Assembly: GCF_902713615.1 (NCBI RefSeq)
Contig: NC_052146.1
Location: 83,593,982 to 83,657,981, forward strand
Direction: 5' to 3'
Origin: Scyliorhinus canicula
Taxonomy: Eukaryota
DNA length: 64,000 nucleotides
Both the position numbers and the translations under genes were made by a program. Each line of letters starts with the position of its first letter. Position 1 is the stretch's first letter. This document shows positions 1 through 14,021 of the stretch, one piece after another. The notes beneath the pieces are model-generated. The model saw only the letters and a program-made list of their open reading frames with translations. It searched no databases and was not told where the DNA came from.

Positions 1-1773
1 CTTTTGATGTGGTGAGGGCCTGTCAATCATAGCTAGATGTTCATAAACATTGTGGTTGGCTTCACAGCAAGATACTTGAGATGCATGCAAGTGTGAAGGG
101 AAAAGACAATAAACAATCCAGACACCTGGCTGAATGGAAGCTATTACCCTGTCAATTACAGCCTTCTAAAAGCTATTTCTCTTTGCAAGTGAATGGAAGC
201 CTCGCAGGTCAAAGGACCTGAGGGGGTTCAAAGTCTTTTGATGTGTTTGTGCTTTCTATGAAGTAACAGCTGCTACTTTCAACACTTCTGTCTGTGGCGG
301 CAGGTGTAAGGGACAGGTAACTGAAAAAGGCGTGTTTTTTTTTTGCCCCCACTGTTTCTGTCTGAAATACTCTTTAGCTTCCAGGTTGGGGGTGACTGAT
401 AGGTGGTCTCTTGGAGGGGGTGCGGTCTCTGATGTGGGATGACTTGGAGGGATGGGCAGGATTTGCTTTGTGAGGGGCCCTCTGATGGACGTACTTACTT
501 ACCCCTTGAATGATTGTGGGGTCCACCGCATCAAGGCCACGCTGGAAAATACTTGCACTAATCCACGCCCATGTGAATTATGACTGTGAGGGCCGGACCG
601 GCATCACTGGGACATGGAGAATCGGGCTGTCAGCCCATTAGTTGGGTGCATATTGATTTAATTGACCCATTTGCACCCTTTGGCTGACGTGGGGCATATA
701 GCTTGCTGCTTCTGCCAACAGGGCATCGGAACTGCATCTGATAACACTGCCAGGAGGCAGTGCCAAGGGTGTGGCTAAAGGTATTGGGCCTTTCGGAGAC
801 CAATGCCAGCGATCCTTTGTGGGGTGGGGGTTTGATGCCAGTGATTCTTAGGGGGAGGGCAGGTGGGGGTTACAGGGCCAGTTGATGCTGGTGGGTGGCA
901 GGTCACCCTGATGTTTGCATAGTTTGGGGGCGGGGGGAATGAGCCGAATATTTAGTGTTGGACGGGGAGGTTGCTCCTGGGTTGGGGGTGTTCCACTTCT
1001 CTGCAGGGGGGGTCGTGATATCCCGGGGTGAGAGAGGCCTGCCAATTTACTTTGAGATCCGGGGGCCCTGATCTTTGGGGAGCTGGACCTGCTTGTGCCT
1101 TTTGGCCTTGCACACCTCATTCATGGTGCAAATCACTCCAGCTGTCAAAAGATAACTAAGTGTGGGTGGGTTATGACCTGGATCACACCAACCCACACGT
1201 CAGGAATCACAGCAGGTTTCCCGCCAGCGACCAAAATGTGGTCGGTAGATCCGGGTGACGCCACGGTATCTACCCAAGTCATGGGAAGCTTCAGGATCAG
1301 GAATCCGCCCATAAAAGTTGGTACACCAAATTAAAGCCCATTTACCTGGAATCCACTAGCCTCTCAGGATCTACCAGCCTCCCCAGTGTGCCGCAGCCGG
1401 GTGTCATTCAGTACTGGTCTACACAAACGTGGAACGGCACTCGGGGGGTGGGGGTGGGTGTCCCAGGCCATAAGAGGCCCCTGTGTGGCCATGGCGGCCT
1501 ACCCCGGCTTCGGTTCCCCCACCCGATGGTCCCCAACCCCCTGCTGAGCACTGGGGTGGCAAGCCCAGCGCCCCAGGGCTCTTTGCCTGTGAGCAAACGT
1601 GGCTGCTCACCGACTTGTTCCCCACAGAAGCCCTTCCGCCATGTTCACGTTTTTTTAAAAAGGAGCACTAATGGGCTCGACCGCTTGCTGGGGTTCTTGA
1701 TTTCAGCCTTTCCCGCTATTTACTGGCTCGTTTCACTCGAGCAAGAGCTCAACGAGGCCGGAGAATCGCACCT
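1..1773. mobile_element. Harbinger-type non-autonomous fragments
   Basis: G-rich degenerate sequence ending ggagaatcgcacc, similar to the TIRs of other MITEs here. Confidence 0.5.
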
Positions 1774-3059
1774 AAAAGATTTGTTTGTGTTGGAATGTTG
1801 TGCTGTGGATTCATATCCATTTGATGGTGTGTTTTGCTTTCATGCCATTTCTTGTTGTGTGAAAGTATACGTTCACAGCACACAAAAGGTTATTGTCCAC
1901 AATGATTCCAGCCCAATCTGTCGCAAGTGGCAAGAATGTCATTCTGGATCTTCAATTCCAGAAGTAAGGGATTAGCTTCCAGGACGGAATCACTTTGGTG
2001 TGGCACCTCATCAGGGTAATCTTGTCATGTAATTTTTCAGGATATTGATTGACCAATTTAACAATGGAGTAATCCGTTCCCTCTTCCTGTTTTAATTGAT
2101 TATTTTCGCAATGTACATTCAGCTGAAAGTGAGCTGTTTACAGTAACACTGAGCCTCCATTTTGCAGATGTACATCAGTACATATTTCTGTAATAGCAAC
2201 TTAAACAAATGTTGCAGCAAGCAACCACAAAGTAGCAGACCAAGATTATTTTCTGCAGTAAAACCATTTGAACAGGAACTTTTTAGGCAGTCCAGGACGT
2301 GCAGTAACCAGTTTGTGTTTTGCCTGCTGAGCAATGATCCTTTGATGGAAATTTCCTTCTTCGTTGGAGGGGCAAGAGGTTGAGTCAGATGTTTCTCACA
2401 GGCTTTTTGTGCATCATCCCTTTTTAAAACCCACTCTTAATGTTTCTGAGCTAATGTGCTTTAAAATTCATAATGTTGTGTGTAATGAGAGCCAGATGTT
2501 TGTTAAACTGGTGCTCAAACTTTAGAATGTGGATTTATTGGAACTCCCAAATGTTGGATTGAGTTGCTCCCTCTTATCCAATCCAAAACCAGGCAGGATG
2601 GTGAACAATTTATAGTTTTGTTTTTTTTTAAAAGTCCAAATTTATCATATCATTTTACAGCACAGAAAGAGGCCATTCGGCCCAACGTGTCTGCACCGGT
2701 TCTCCAAATGGATTCATTTGTGCAAAACCCAAGAAGAATTTTGCTTGCTGGTTTTTAAAACTTCCAACCAATTCTGAAACAGGATTGTTCAGTTCAAAAC
2801 TGGCGGCTCCTGTATATTTGAATAGTACATGAATATTTGACCTAAAGGGGAGGAGGGGTGGATCAAAACTTGCCCGGTACTAGTTTCAATGGGGGTGAGT
2901 CAGGGATGACTAATCCAGAGCTGAGTTTATTACTTAAATGTTTTCACGAGGCTCCAGGCCTCACATTTCCCCACAGTTGCAAAAGTAATGACTGTGGGCT
3001 GGGTTTCCCTGGGCTTGGAGAAACCCATCAGCTAGAGGGAGGCAAAAGCGGCCAGATAG

Positions 3060-5325
3060 AAACATTGGAGAAGGAGGAGGCCATTCGGCCCTTTGAGCCT
3101 GCTCCACCATTCAGTCAGATCATGGCTGACCTAGCTGTGGTCCCAACTCCGCTTTCCCACCTGCACCCTCCAACCCCCATAACACTTGACTCCCTTGCCT
3201 AATAAAAATCTAATCCTGGTTTGTGGAAATTTAAAGACCCAACCTCTGCTACTTTGAGGAAGAGAATTCCAAACTCTAATTACGCCCTTGAGAGAAAACA
3301 CTTGGTCCTCACCACTGTCTTAAAAGGCAGAATTCTAATTGGAGGGGGATACGAAGGGGAGGCAGAGAGCACAGAGTCTCACTCTATGCAGATGATCTGC
3401 TCCTCTACATCTCGGACCCACAAAGCAGCATGGACTGAATCATTGCGCTCCTGAAAGAGTTTGGAGCCTTCTCGGGCTACAAACGATGGCGTTCGTATGG
3501 GGGGGTAAAAATGCTAGGATCCCAAAGAAGGTCCTACAAAAAACAAAATCCGGGGGGGGCTAGCCCTCCCGAACCTACAATTCTACCACTGGGCGGCAAC
3601 AGCCGAGCGAGTAAGGGGATGGATCCAGGAGCCAGAAGCCAAGTGGGTGCGTGCGGAGGAGGCCTCCTGCATGGGGACCTCCCTCCGGGCCCTCGCCACG
3701 GCAGCACTCCCATCCCCAAAAAACACTCCAGCAGCCCAGTGGTGACAGCCACCCTCCAATCCTGGAACCAACTGCAGCAGCAATTTGGTCTGACCAAAAT
3801 GTCGGACAAGGCTCCCATCTGCAACAACCATAGGTTCAAACCAGCACTGACTGACGCCACCTTCAAAAGGTGGAGGCAGGACGGGGGGACACTGACAGTC
3901 AGGGACCTATACACGGACGACAGGATCGCAACACTGGACGAACTGACAAGAGAAATTTTGGCTAGCCGGGGGAAACGAGCTACGGTACCTGCAGCTCAAA
4001 AACTTCTTATGAAAGGAGGCAAGGACGTACCCACAACCGCCACGACAGACACTACTGGAAGACCTACTGGACGCAAGTGTCCTAGAGAAAGGGAACTGTA
4101 GCGACATGTATGACCGACTGGTAGAAAGGGACGACACCGTACTGGACGCAACAAGAAAGAAATGGGAGGATGACCTGGGGATTGAGATAGGGTGGGGACT
4201 CTGGAGCGAAGCACTGCACAGGGTCAACTCCACCTCCACGTGCGCAAGGCTCAGCCTGACGCAACTAAAAGTGGTACATAGAGCCCACTTAACAAGAAAC
4301 CGTATGAGTAGGTTCTTCCCGGAGGTGGAGGACAGATGTGAACGGCGCCAAAGAGGCCCGGCTAACCACGCCCACATGTTCTGGTCTTGCCCCAGACTTG
4401 TGGAGTACTGGACAGCCTTCTTCGAGGCTATGTCCAAAGTGGTGGGGGTGAGGGTGGAGCCATGCCCGATAGTGGCGGTCTTCGGGGTTTCAGACCAGCC
4501 AGATCTATTCCTGGGGAGGAGGGCGGACGCCCTTGCCTTTGCCTCCCTGATCGCCCGCCGTAGAATCCTGTTTGGCTGGCGGTCAGCAGCACCGCCCAGA
4601 GCTGCAGACTGGCTGTCCGACCTCTCGGAATCTCTCCAAATGGAGAAAATCAAATTCGCCATCCGAGGGTCAGACGACGGCTTCCACAGAACGTGGGAGC
4701 CATTCATGCAATTGTTCCGGGACCTGTTTGTGGCCAACGAACAAGAGGAAGAATAGTCGGGTGGCCAAGAATCAGGGGAAAATGGACGGGAATCGGGGGA
4801 AGGTAGCCGGGGGGGGGGGGGGGGGGGGGGAGGTGGGGCTACGGGTTCGTTATGGGGGTTTGATGGCAAGCTAAGGCCCAAAGCCAAATTGTAAATAAAT
4901 GCCTATAAACATGTGCCTCGGCCATATTGGGGAATGTAAAATATGTATGCCGGTTAAAGGGGGCGGCCACAGTTGTTATTATGAAGATGCTTACCTGCAA
5001 ATATACATGTTAATTTTTGGGTGTTTTTTTTTCTAAAAATTTGTAATTTGTTGGATATAAAATATGAAAACTCAATAAAAAACATTTTTTTTTTAAAAAG
5101 GCAGAATTCTTATTCTTAAACCATGTCCCTGAGTTGAAATTCTCCCAGTGGGAGGAAAGATTCTCCGGTATCCACCCTATGCAGACCCCTCGAATAAGAT
5201 CACATCTCATTCTTCTAAACTCCAATGAGTATAGGCTCAACCTGTTCAACCTTTCTTCATGAGATAGGCCCTTCGCCCCGGGAATGAGTTGAGTGAACCT
5301 TTTCTGAACTGCTTCCAAAGCAATT
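3060..5325 (-). mobile_element. CR1 LINE 3' fragment, split by the L1 insertion
   Basis: ALEAVQKRFTQLIPG...RLSLYSLEFRRMRCDLI at 5190-5325; CR1-type 3' end at 3060-3320. Confidence 0.8.
3337..5095 (+). mobile_element. 5'-truncated, internally deleted L1-clade LINE with 15-bp TSD
   Basis: RT motif HRVSLYADDLLLYISDP at ~3370-3420; C-terminal CERRQRGPANHAHMFWSCP; aataaa and an A/T tail. TSD aaaaggcagaattct at 3322-3336 and 5096-5110, at a tt/aaaa site. Confidence 0.93.
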
Positions 5326-6328
5326 AATGACAGCACACAGGGGAAATCATGTTCTCCCGCTGGAGCTGAATTACACCTGATTTGTGCTCACACTTGGGGC
5401 GCAAATCAGGAAGCGATTCCCACTCAGCCACGCAAATTTATACGTGGTGAGGTTGCAAGGGATTCGCCAGGGAATCCTGCTACCAGGCCAACGCTCTGAA
5501 CAGTTGACCCGATGGCGAGGTCTGGCGGCTGGACCTTCCCCCACCAAGCAATTCATCCCCCCCCCCACAGGATTTTCTGGGTCACCCCTCCCCCACAGTA
5601 TGGGTGGTGGGGGAAGGGGACACAACCCTACAAAGACTCCCTAATTAAAGAGACCCCCACCAGAGACCCCTTAATTAAAGAGACCCCTGCAAGATTGACA
5701 GCTTCCAACAAGCGACTTTGAAGTAATCAGCTGTGAAATTAATCGCAATATTTATAAACATCACGCTTTGATTGACAGATCCTGGGCTACATCAGAGTTT
5801 TAAGTGCTTTCTATTAGTTTCACAGCTGACTACTTCAAACTCACTGAAGCGTGAAGGTAAATGATTGAAACAATGCAGACAGCTGGGTGTGTGTGGAAGC
5901 TGTCAATCACAGCCTTGTAAAATCAATACCAAATAAAAATGAATGAATGGCTTGAATGAAGATCAATGGTTTAGAATATAAGACATAGAAGCAGAGTTAG
6001 GCCATTCGGCCCATCGGGTCTGCTCCCCCATTCAATCATGGCTCATATGTTTCTCCCCATTCTCCTGCCTTCTCCCCATAACTCTTGATGCCCTTATTAA
6101 TCAAGAACCTTTCTATCTCTGTCTTAAAGACACTCAGTGATTTGACCTCCACAAAGGCAATGAGTTCCACAGATTCACCTCCCTCTGGCTGAAGAAATTC
6201 CTCCTCATCTCATTTTTAAAAGATTGTCCCTTCAGTCTGAGGCTGTGCCCTCGTGTTCTAGTTTTTCCTACTAGTGGAAACATCCTCTCCATGTCCACTT
6301 TATCTAGGCCTCTCAGTATTCTGTAAGT

Positions 6329-7462
6329 CCGGGGTTTTCAAACTGAGGGTTGTGACCCACAGGCAAGTTTCTGGGGGGCTCACGGCATGACTGATCTTTA
6401 AAAATGTCGGCTGCGATGGACTTTTGAGATTGCCGGCCAATGCCACGCATGCATGTTGGATCAAGCAGTATAGATTCATAGAATTTACAGTGCAGAAGGA
6501 GGCCATTCGGCCCATTGAGTCCACACGGCCCCTGAAAGAACACCCTACCTAATCCCACACCACCACCCTATCTCAGTAACCCAGCAACTCCACCTAACCT
6601 TTGGGCACTATGGGGCAATTTAGCATGACCATCCACCTAATGCGCACATCTTTCGACTATGGGAGGAGACCGGAGGAAACCCACGCAGACATAGGGAGAG
6701 CTTGAAGATTCCACATAGACAGTGATCCAAGCATGAATCGAACCCGGTACCCTGGCGCTGTGAAGCAACAGTGCTAACCACTGTGTTACTGGCCCTGCCT
6801 CCTGATGTCAGCGGGCTGTTCAGGGCCAGTTGTTTCAGCAAACGATGGAGTCGTCCCACTGGAAGCAGGGGCAGATAGCAAGTCATGTGCAGGTGCGCTG
6901 ACATCACGTGTTCTGGGTGTGAGAGCGATTCATCCATTTTGTAGCTGCCAGCAGTGCTGGTGTGAACTCCAGGGCCTCTGGTGAACAACCCATGAAGAAG
7001 GTGAAAACAGGAATAAAGCAGCATAAAGATGATTACTTGAGATATGGATTATTAATTGTGCTCTGCAAATCAGGATTCAAAGTTCATGTACAAGGAAGTA
7101 CGGCAAATGAAAGTTTAAAATACTCAAAATTTCAAAGACATTTGAAGACTAAACATGTCAAGTTCGAGGACAAACCTCTTCATTTTGTTCAATGGATGAA
7201 GTCATTATTTGAAATGTAACATTGAATAACAAAGCAAGTGAGATCGTGAGGACAAAGCAGGCTGCTCTCAGGTAAGTGAAAATGGTGGGTTGCGAAGGTC
7301 GGCCACTGTGGTTGCAAATGCCGGCCCGTGTAGGTCGCGAAGGCTGGCCGGCGTGGTCGCGAAGGTCGATCGGCGTGGGTTGCGTAGGGCGGCTGGAGTG
7401 GGTCCCGAAGGATGGGCGGTTGGTAAAAATGGGTTCCGGGCAAAGAATTTTGATAAACACTG
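6329..7462 (+). mobile_element. hAT (Buster/Charlie-type) non-autonomous DNA transposon
   Basis: Perfect 8-bp TSD ctgtaagt (6321-6328 and 7463-7470, nnnTAnnn pattern); TIR-like ends ccggggttttcaaa / tttgataaacactg; remnant NESLKYSKFQRHLKTKH (BED finger-like). Confidence 0.92.
6469..6798 (-). mobile_element. tRNA-derived HE1/V-type SINE nested in the hAT element
   Basis: A/B-box head, V-like core gcgtgggtttcctccgg, CR1-like tail. Confidence 0.88.
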
Positions 7463-9809
7463 CTGTAAGTTCAAATTAGATCCCCACTCATCCTTCTAAA
7501 CTCCATTGAGTACAGACCCAGAGTCCTCAACTGCTCCTCGTATGACAAGTCCGTCACTCCGGGGGTAATTCTTGTGAAGCTCCTCTCTCCAGCTGACTTG
7601 TTTACTATTTCCGGGAATTGACAGATGCTGCTTCCTCTGCCTGAACCAGCAGGTGTACTGCACAGGTGAGTTTTAAAGCAGTAATTGTTTTCTCTGCCTC
7701 TATCTAGACTGCTCTCCAACTTCCAGGCAGGGGCCTCTCTTCTGGGAGTCTCTGGTAGGGATTCCTTTAAGGAGGGGGTCTCTGGTCTCTTGACCTATTT
7801 GCATCCTCCCACTGGCACGCCGCTATCCTGACGCCAGTGGCGGACTGCAACATCGGAATGGGATCGACTCCGGGCCCCAGCTCCTTTATCTGCCTGATGC
7901 TGGATTCTCCTCCCCCTGCCGTCAGTAGCAGAGCTTCTGATGCGTGGAATATCCAACGCAGATCTTTTTTCAAATACGTACTGCAATGAGAAGTGTCTTT
8001 CCTACACTAGTTGTGGGTCAGGAGCTATTTCTCACCCACTCTCCTGCTAACTCGAACCACAGCGCACTCTGTCCCACTGGCCCAAGGCAGAACCATTAGG
8101 TCTCTCTGTCTTTCCTGCCCATGATTTTCCATGTCACCCTGCAAATATTGGGGGAACATAATTGTCCGGAGGCGCAGAAAGGCCCCCAAAAGGACTAATC
8201 TGCTCAGTGGGGGGTGAAATGATGTCATCAGCATTGAACATAAATTTTTCTTGGAACATCTTCCTGGTCCATGATCATGTGATCTAAATGGTTGCATGTG
8301 TCCCAGGTAGTTTCATCACATGACCATCTATTCTGCATACTGCCCCGTGCAGAGAAGTGTCTTTTCCTTGTTTCTATTTTTTCTGTACAAGAAAGAAAAG
8401 TGTTGAAAGCACAGTTCCTTTAGTGGCCTAAGGAACTTCCCTGAGTGCTGTACCGACAGCAGTGACCTGTCAATTTATGTATCTGTCCCCGAGAGCCCAT
8501 GGTCATCCTGGAGAACTGCAACTCTCATGACCTCAGCACGTTCTTCCACTCAAATGATATATCCGCAGATAATATCAATGCGTTTTATTGAGTCTTTCAT
8601 TGTCAGTTTGTCTATAGATTTTCCCTAATAATGCCCAATGTTTATGGCGTCCTTTCTGAATTTTGGATCTGCTCTGAGGTCGGAGAATGGTTCCTCAGCA
8701 CATGGGGAGTGAACAGGTTTTGAAGCTGTGATGAGTCATTGCTATTTGCACAATCAGCAATACAAAACCAGCATTGTCTCTGGCAGCTTGAGTTTTACCC
8801 TGTCAATACGTAGGTTGGTCCAGATTTCTATTTGCTGTGGAGTTGCACCCAAACACACCCAGAAATGGAAGCATTGAAGTGGCTCTTGGCAGGAGTAGAG
8901 TTGTGAAATCCAGGCAGAGGGAGTTTGTGGAGAATGCAAATAAAACAAGATTTTAATTCATTTTATGTGAGCAGATGAATAGATTTTTGCATTAAGTGTG
9001 TTCCCAAACTCTGTTAAACCACTTTGGAACATTCCCACGTTCAGATATTACACACTATCTTGCGGCTGAACATCATGTGATAGGGTGAGAATAGAATATG
9101 GTTAACATTAGCAGGAAGAGTCAGATAGCCCTGCTTAAATGTAAATAATTTTCTTTTTATGTTCTTAACCAAGTTCAGTTTTTACGTTTGTCATTGGACT
9201 TCAAGATTTAATCATTTAATTGAATGGACAAGTTGGAACCCAACTGCACTTTCACAAGTTGGTTGTGTTGTGGAGGGAGCTTCAGCTAAAGTAGGAATAA
9301 GGAGTTTGTGGGACCTGGACAAGGGGCAGCCAGCATTTTTCATTGCATAACTGGTCTGACTGAAGAAGGATGTGGTGGGTTCTTGAACAATTAAGTCAGG
9401 ATTGGAATCAGGATCTGGGTGAACAGTTCAGGTCAATTGGATTACACAGAATGTTGAAAAGTCTAAAATTAAAAACAGAAAATGCTGAATAAATCCAGCA
9501 GTTTCAGCAGCATCTGCTGAGAAAGAAACATGCGTTAACGTTGAGAGTCTGTATGAAATGTCTAGACTGTCTCCAAATACATGGTGTTAATTCTACAGCC
9601 AGACAATATTAGGTGATCTCCCGTTGGGTTGTTCTAGGCTTCAGTGGAGTCATCGAGTGTCCTGTCCAATCAACACATTTTGTTCATTGTTGTGAAGCGA
9701 TTAGAGGCAAGAGGAACTATGTTTTCTGGACTAGATTAACCGCAACTTACATGTGGCCTATTGTGTGGATCCCAAAACCAGTAACTAGTGCAGATATATA
9801 TATATATTT

Positions 9810-10565
9810 TTAATAAATATTTTTATTCTCCTATTTCACATTTTCATCAAAATTTGCAACAACAGAATCATCAATAACAACAAATACAATCGCAATCCCC
9901 TTATCCCCCCCCCCACCCTCAAACAGCTCCCAACATTTGGAATACAAAACACCAACGAAAAAGAATCATCAATAACTTATACATTCCAACCCAACCCCCC
10001 CCCCCCCCACCCCGCGACTCCCACCCCTAATGTTCAATGTCATCCAATTCATGAAAATGCATGATGAACAAGGCCCAAGAGTGGTAGAACCCTTCCATCC
10101 TCTCCCTCAACTCAAACTTTACTTTTTTGAGCATTAAGAACTCTGCAACCCCCCCCGCCCCCCGCCCCCCGCCATGCCGAGGCACAACATGGAGAAGCTG
10201 ACCTCCACCCCAACAGAATATGCCTTCAGGCGATCAGCGAGGGGAAGGCTAAGACATCTACCTCCGCACCTGCTTCCAACCCCGACCGATCCGATACCCC
10301 GAATATGGCTTCTAGGGCACCCGGTTAGGGTCTCACATGCACCACCTTTGAGATTACCTTAAAGACCTCCCTCCAATACCCCTCCAGTTTTGGACAGGAC
10401 CCAAACATATTAGAATATGATTAGTGGGGCCTCCCACCCTTGTGAGGTGTACCCTATACACCACCTTCAACTGTATCAGCCCCAACCTCGCGCACAATGT
10501 TGACGCATTCACCCTCTGGAGCACCTCCCACCATAACCCCTTCTCAATATCCTCCCCCAACTTCT
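9810..10565 (-). mobile_element. L1-clade LINE 3' fragment
   Basis: WWEVLQRVNASTLCARLGLIQLKVVYRVHLTR, similar to the 4106-4756 ORF; T-rich tail. Confidence 0.85.
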
Positions 10566-11330
10566 ACTGCAGATATCTTGAAGAAGAATGTGAGGCTGAC
10601 CAAACAAAAAAATGAGAGACCTGACCGTAGTTTGGACTCTACAAAGATGTGTTTGTAGCTTTTTGATCTCGGCTGTAATGTTAGAAACCTTTTATGTGCT
10701 GGCCTGGATTCTGTGTGCTTGTTCTGATGTAACACCACTGACTGTTGCAGCTGGAAAGCAGATAGAAAACATTGTAAATATAGGTCAAACATTTATTGAA
10801 ATAAAACCTCATTCTCCTTGGATTATGCATTTTTAAAAAATGCTTTTATTTTGAGTTCCGTTTTGAATTTTCGTGACAACCGCAATACAGAACTTTGAAG
10901 TCAATTGAACTATAAGACTGTTGTGCAGGATCCCAGTCAACATAGCTAAACTGAACCCTGGTTAATTGAAATTGCTGTAGGAAATTGATGACTTGTTTGG
11001 TCAAAAAATATACTCGATTTAATGTGAGTCAGCCTTAATGATTCTTATCCTTGAAATGCAACATACAAAGCGCTTTATTTAATACTGGAATCTGGGGATT
11101 GTTTCAGTGTTGACTTCCACGTATGCACAAAAAACAGATTTAGAATCTGGTAAGTTGCTAAGAGATGAAATAAAAAGACGATCTGTACGACTGCAGTTCA
11201 CTTTACTTGATTTACATTTTTAATTATAAATATTGTATTAAAATATCTCTGAGAGGAGAGAACACTGCAGACCACCATGTTCTTAAACAGCAGAGTGTGT
11301 ATACATACTGATGGAATGTTAAGGGACCAG

Positions 11331-11447
11331 GGGGCAGAATTCTCTGTCCACGCCCGGAAAGCCCCACCCGAGGTCAATGGAATTTTACACGGTCCGCGAT
11401 CCGCCCGCAGTGAACTTGCAGCGCGTGCGGTCGAAGAATCCAGCCCC
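11331..11447. mobile_element. Short Harbinger-type MITE
   Basis: Ends ggggcagaattctc / aagaatccagcccc. Confidence 0.7.
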
Positions 11448-12396
11448 AGATTCTGATCACTTAGATTAGGAAGTTAGAAAGCTTTAAAGTGTATTTTCTG
11501 TGCCAGTTAATTGCAGGCAATATTATTACCAACAAATCAATTATTTTCCATTACACACACTTTCAGAGGTTTATCTGGTTGTTCTTTTAGTGTGGTCACT
11601 GTTGTATATAAATAATGGAGAAGTATCAGCTGCCACGACCTCTACGGTTAATATTAAAATATCTAAAATTATACACCAGGAATGAATTTACCACCTGGAC
11701 TCCGACTTCAGATGATGATGGCAAAAGTTTTGAACTCTTTTATAAATAGCAATTGATACTAAATCAGTTACTAAATCAATGACAGATACCAACCATAAAT
11801 CAGACTGAATAGAGAAGGTTCAGAGGGGAAGTGAGAAAGCAAATAAGAAAAGAGACTGGCAGCTTGAAGAATCCAAAAGTTTTCTATCGACATATAAATA
11901 GTAAGGGGGAGTAGGGCCAGCTAATATACATGGAGGCGTTTGGGGGGGGGGAGCTTGGCTGATGTATTAATAACTACTTTACACCTGTCTTTACCAAAGA
12001 AGAAGATGCTACTCAGGCTGTAGTGAAAGGGGACATAGTTCAGACACTTGAGGTCAGATTTTCACAGACTTGCGGAGACTCTGTGGACCATCAGAAAATG
12101 GCGGATTCCATTTAGCAGAAAGTGTGGGAACAGGGGATAACTCACAAGCTGGGCAAGACTCAGTACAGAGTTCAAATAGACCCCATTTTTGCTGCAGCAA
12201 ATGACCTAAACCCACAGTGTGTGAATTGATGGGAGATGGAAATGTTCACAAAGGAAAAGATAAAATGTATGTCTGTCCAGCTGGCAAGTTATTGAAAACA
12301 ATGTTTTAAAAGGCTATCTGTGTAAGGGAGTTGAACAAAAACTTTCTCCTAGCAATTACAATAGCTGTTTGTTGTAATTACGCAAGGAGCTTTTGT

Positions 12397-12622
12397 TAAA
12401 ATAAATTTAGAGTAAGCAATTCATTTTTCTTCCAATTAAAGGGGCAGTTTAGCATGGCCAATCCACCTAGCCTGCACATCTTTAGGTTGTGAGGGCGAAA
12501 CCCACGCAAACACGGGGAGAATGTGCAAACTCCACACGGACAGTGACCCAGAGCCAGGATCGAACCCGGGCCCTCGGCACTGTGAGGCAGCAGTGCTAAC
12601 ACTGCAGCACGTGCCGCCATGC
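12397..12622 (-). mobile_element. tRNA-derived SINE (short form)
   Basis: Same head and core; A/T-rich tail. Confidence 0.88.
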
Positions 12623-12649
12623 TCCAAGGGCGTTTATTATATCATTACA

Positions 12650-13420
12650 TAGAAACAAAGAAAATTGGAGCAGGAGGAGGCCATTCGGCCCTGCACGCCT
12701 GCTTCCTTTGGATCATGGCTGATCATCCAGCTCAGTAACCAGTTTCTAAATTCCCCCCCCCCCCCCCCCCATATCTTTGATACCCCTTCACCCGAAGTGC
12801 GATATCAAACTGCTTCTTGAAAACATACAATGTTTTGGCCTCAGTTACTTTTTGTGGTAACAAATTCAGCAGGCTCCCCACTCTCTGGGTGAAGAAATGT
12901 CTCCTCATCTCTGCCCTAAATTGTCTACCCTGCATCCTCAGACTGTGACCTCTGGTTCTGGACACATCCATAATTGGGAATCCTTTCTGCATCTACCCTG
13001 TCCAGTCCTCATAGAATTTTATAGGTTTCTATGAGATTCCTCCTCATTCTTCTGAACCCCAGCGAATACAATCCTAGCCAAATTATTCTTTCCTCATAAG
13101 TCTGTCAGGCTATCCCAGCAATCAGTGTGGTAAACCTTCTCTGCACTCCCTCAAGAGCAAGAACAGACTTCCTCAAATAAGGAGTCCAGAACTGCTCACA
13201 ATATTCCAAGTGTGGACTCACCAAGGCCAGTGTAATTTCGGCAAGATATTCCCGCTCTTGTACTCTATTCCTCTCACTATAAAGGCCAACATATCATTTG
13301 CTTTCTTTACCTCTTGCTGCATTTGCTTGTTTACCTTCAGCAACTTGTTACAAGGTCACGATGCACATTCCCGTCTCTCAATCGATAGCCATTCAGATAA
13401 TCTGTCCTCCTGTTTTTGCT
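12650..13420 (-). mobile_element. CR1 LINE 3' fragment
   Basis: SRTRGHSLRMQGRQFRAEMRRHFFTQRVG. Confidence 0.85.
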
Positions 13421-13847
13421 ACCTTTTCTTAATGCTTATCTAATTTTCCACAGCCGAGAATAATCCCAGATGGGGGTTGTAAGTATGATAGGAGGACCGA
13501 GGGCTAGAGGACTCAATATTTTTTATTAAAAACACAACTGGACAAAGTTCCAGAGAACTGAGACAGGAACTGAGCGTCAGGAAATTTCCTGGCTTGAGCG
13601 TACCAACGTGGAGAGTGAAAATCTATCATTTCTAACGTTGCTGGCTAATTGGCAATATTTCTGAATATTAGGTGTGTTATTGGTCGGTTCCTTGTTTTGA
13701 AGTCTGGAGTGTGCGTGCTATGTACAAAGGGGCCAATCCAGAGAAAACAACTTTGAAACTTGTTCCAGGCTTGGGAGAAGGTGTTGAAAATCTAAATTGA
13801 TTAAATATTTCCAATGGTTTGATGCCTTGTTTCTTTCCCTCTTTCAG

Positions 13848-13918
13848 GAAATCTGGATGGATGTTCACAGCCCCACATTAGAAATGGCTATGGTTGTGAA
13901 GATGGGCACAGCCAGCAT
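13848..13918 (+). CDS. KIAA1522: KIAA1522/NHSL3 internal exon (putative; (G)NLDGCSQPHIRNGYGCEDGHSQH)
   Basis: Strong acceptor ttctttccctctttcag| and donor |gtaaga; 71 nt, phase 1 to 0, which fits the next exon. Size and phase resemble the short human exon EKQKLNKGGWDHGDTQSIQ, but sequence similarity is weak. Confidence 0.6.
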
Positions 13919-14021
13919 GTAAGACAATGGACATTTAACTGCATGAATATTTATACATTTTGAGGGCCAGTATCACAGGAGCGTAAATGAAAGTAAAATG
14001 CACCATTTTGGAAAAACAAAT

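Larger units (their letters stand above)
5970..7585 (-). mobile_element. CR1 LINE 3' fragment hosting the hAT element
   Basis: LSYEEQLRTLGLYSMEFRRMSGDLI at 7471-7550 continues at 6320-5970. Confidence 0.8.

Noticed and set aside
1-13800. KIAA1522 upstream exon (DNVFFPSGRPPHLEELH-like)
   Set aside because: Candidate acceptors near 1878, 8371, 8617, 10572 and 13453 gave early stops or no similarity; the exon is probably upstream of the window.
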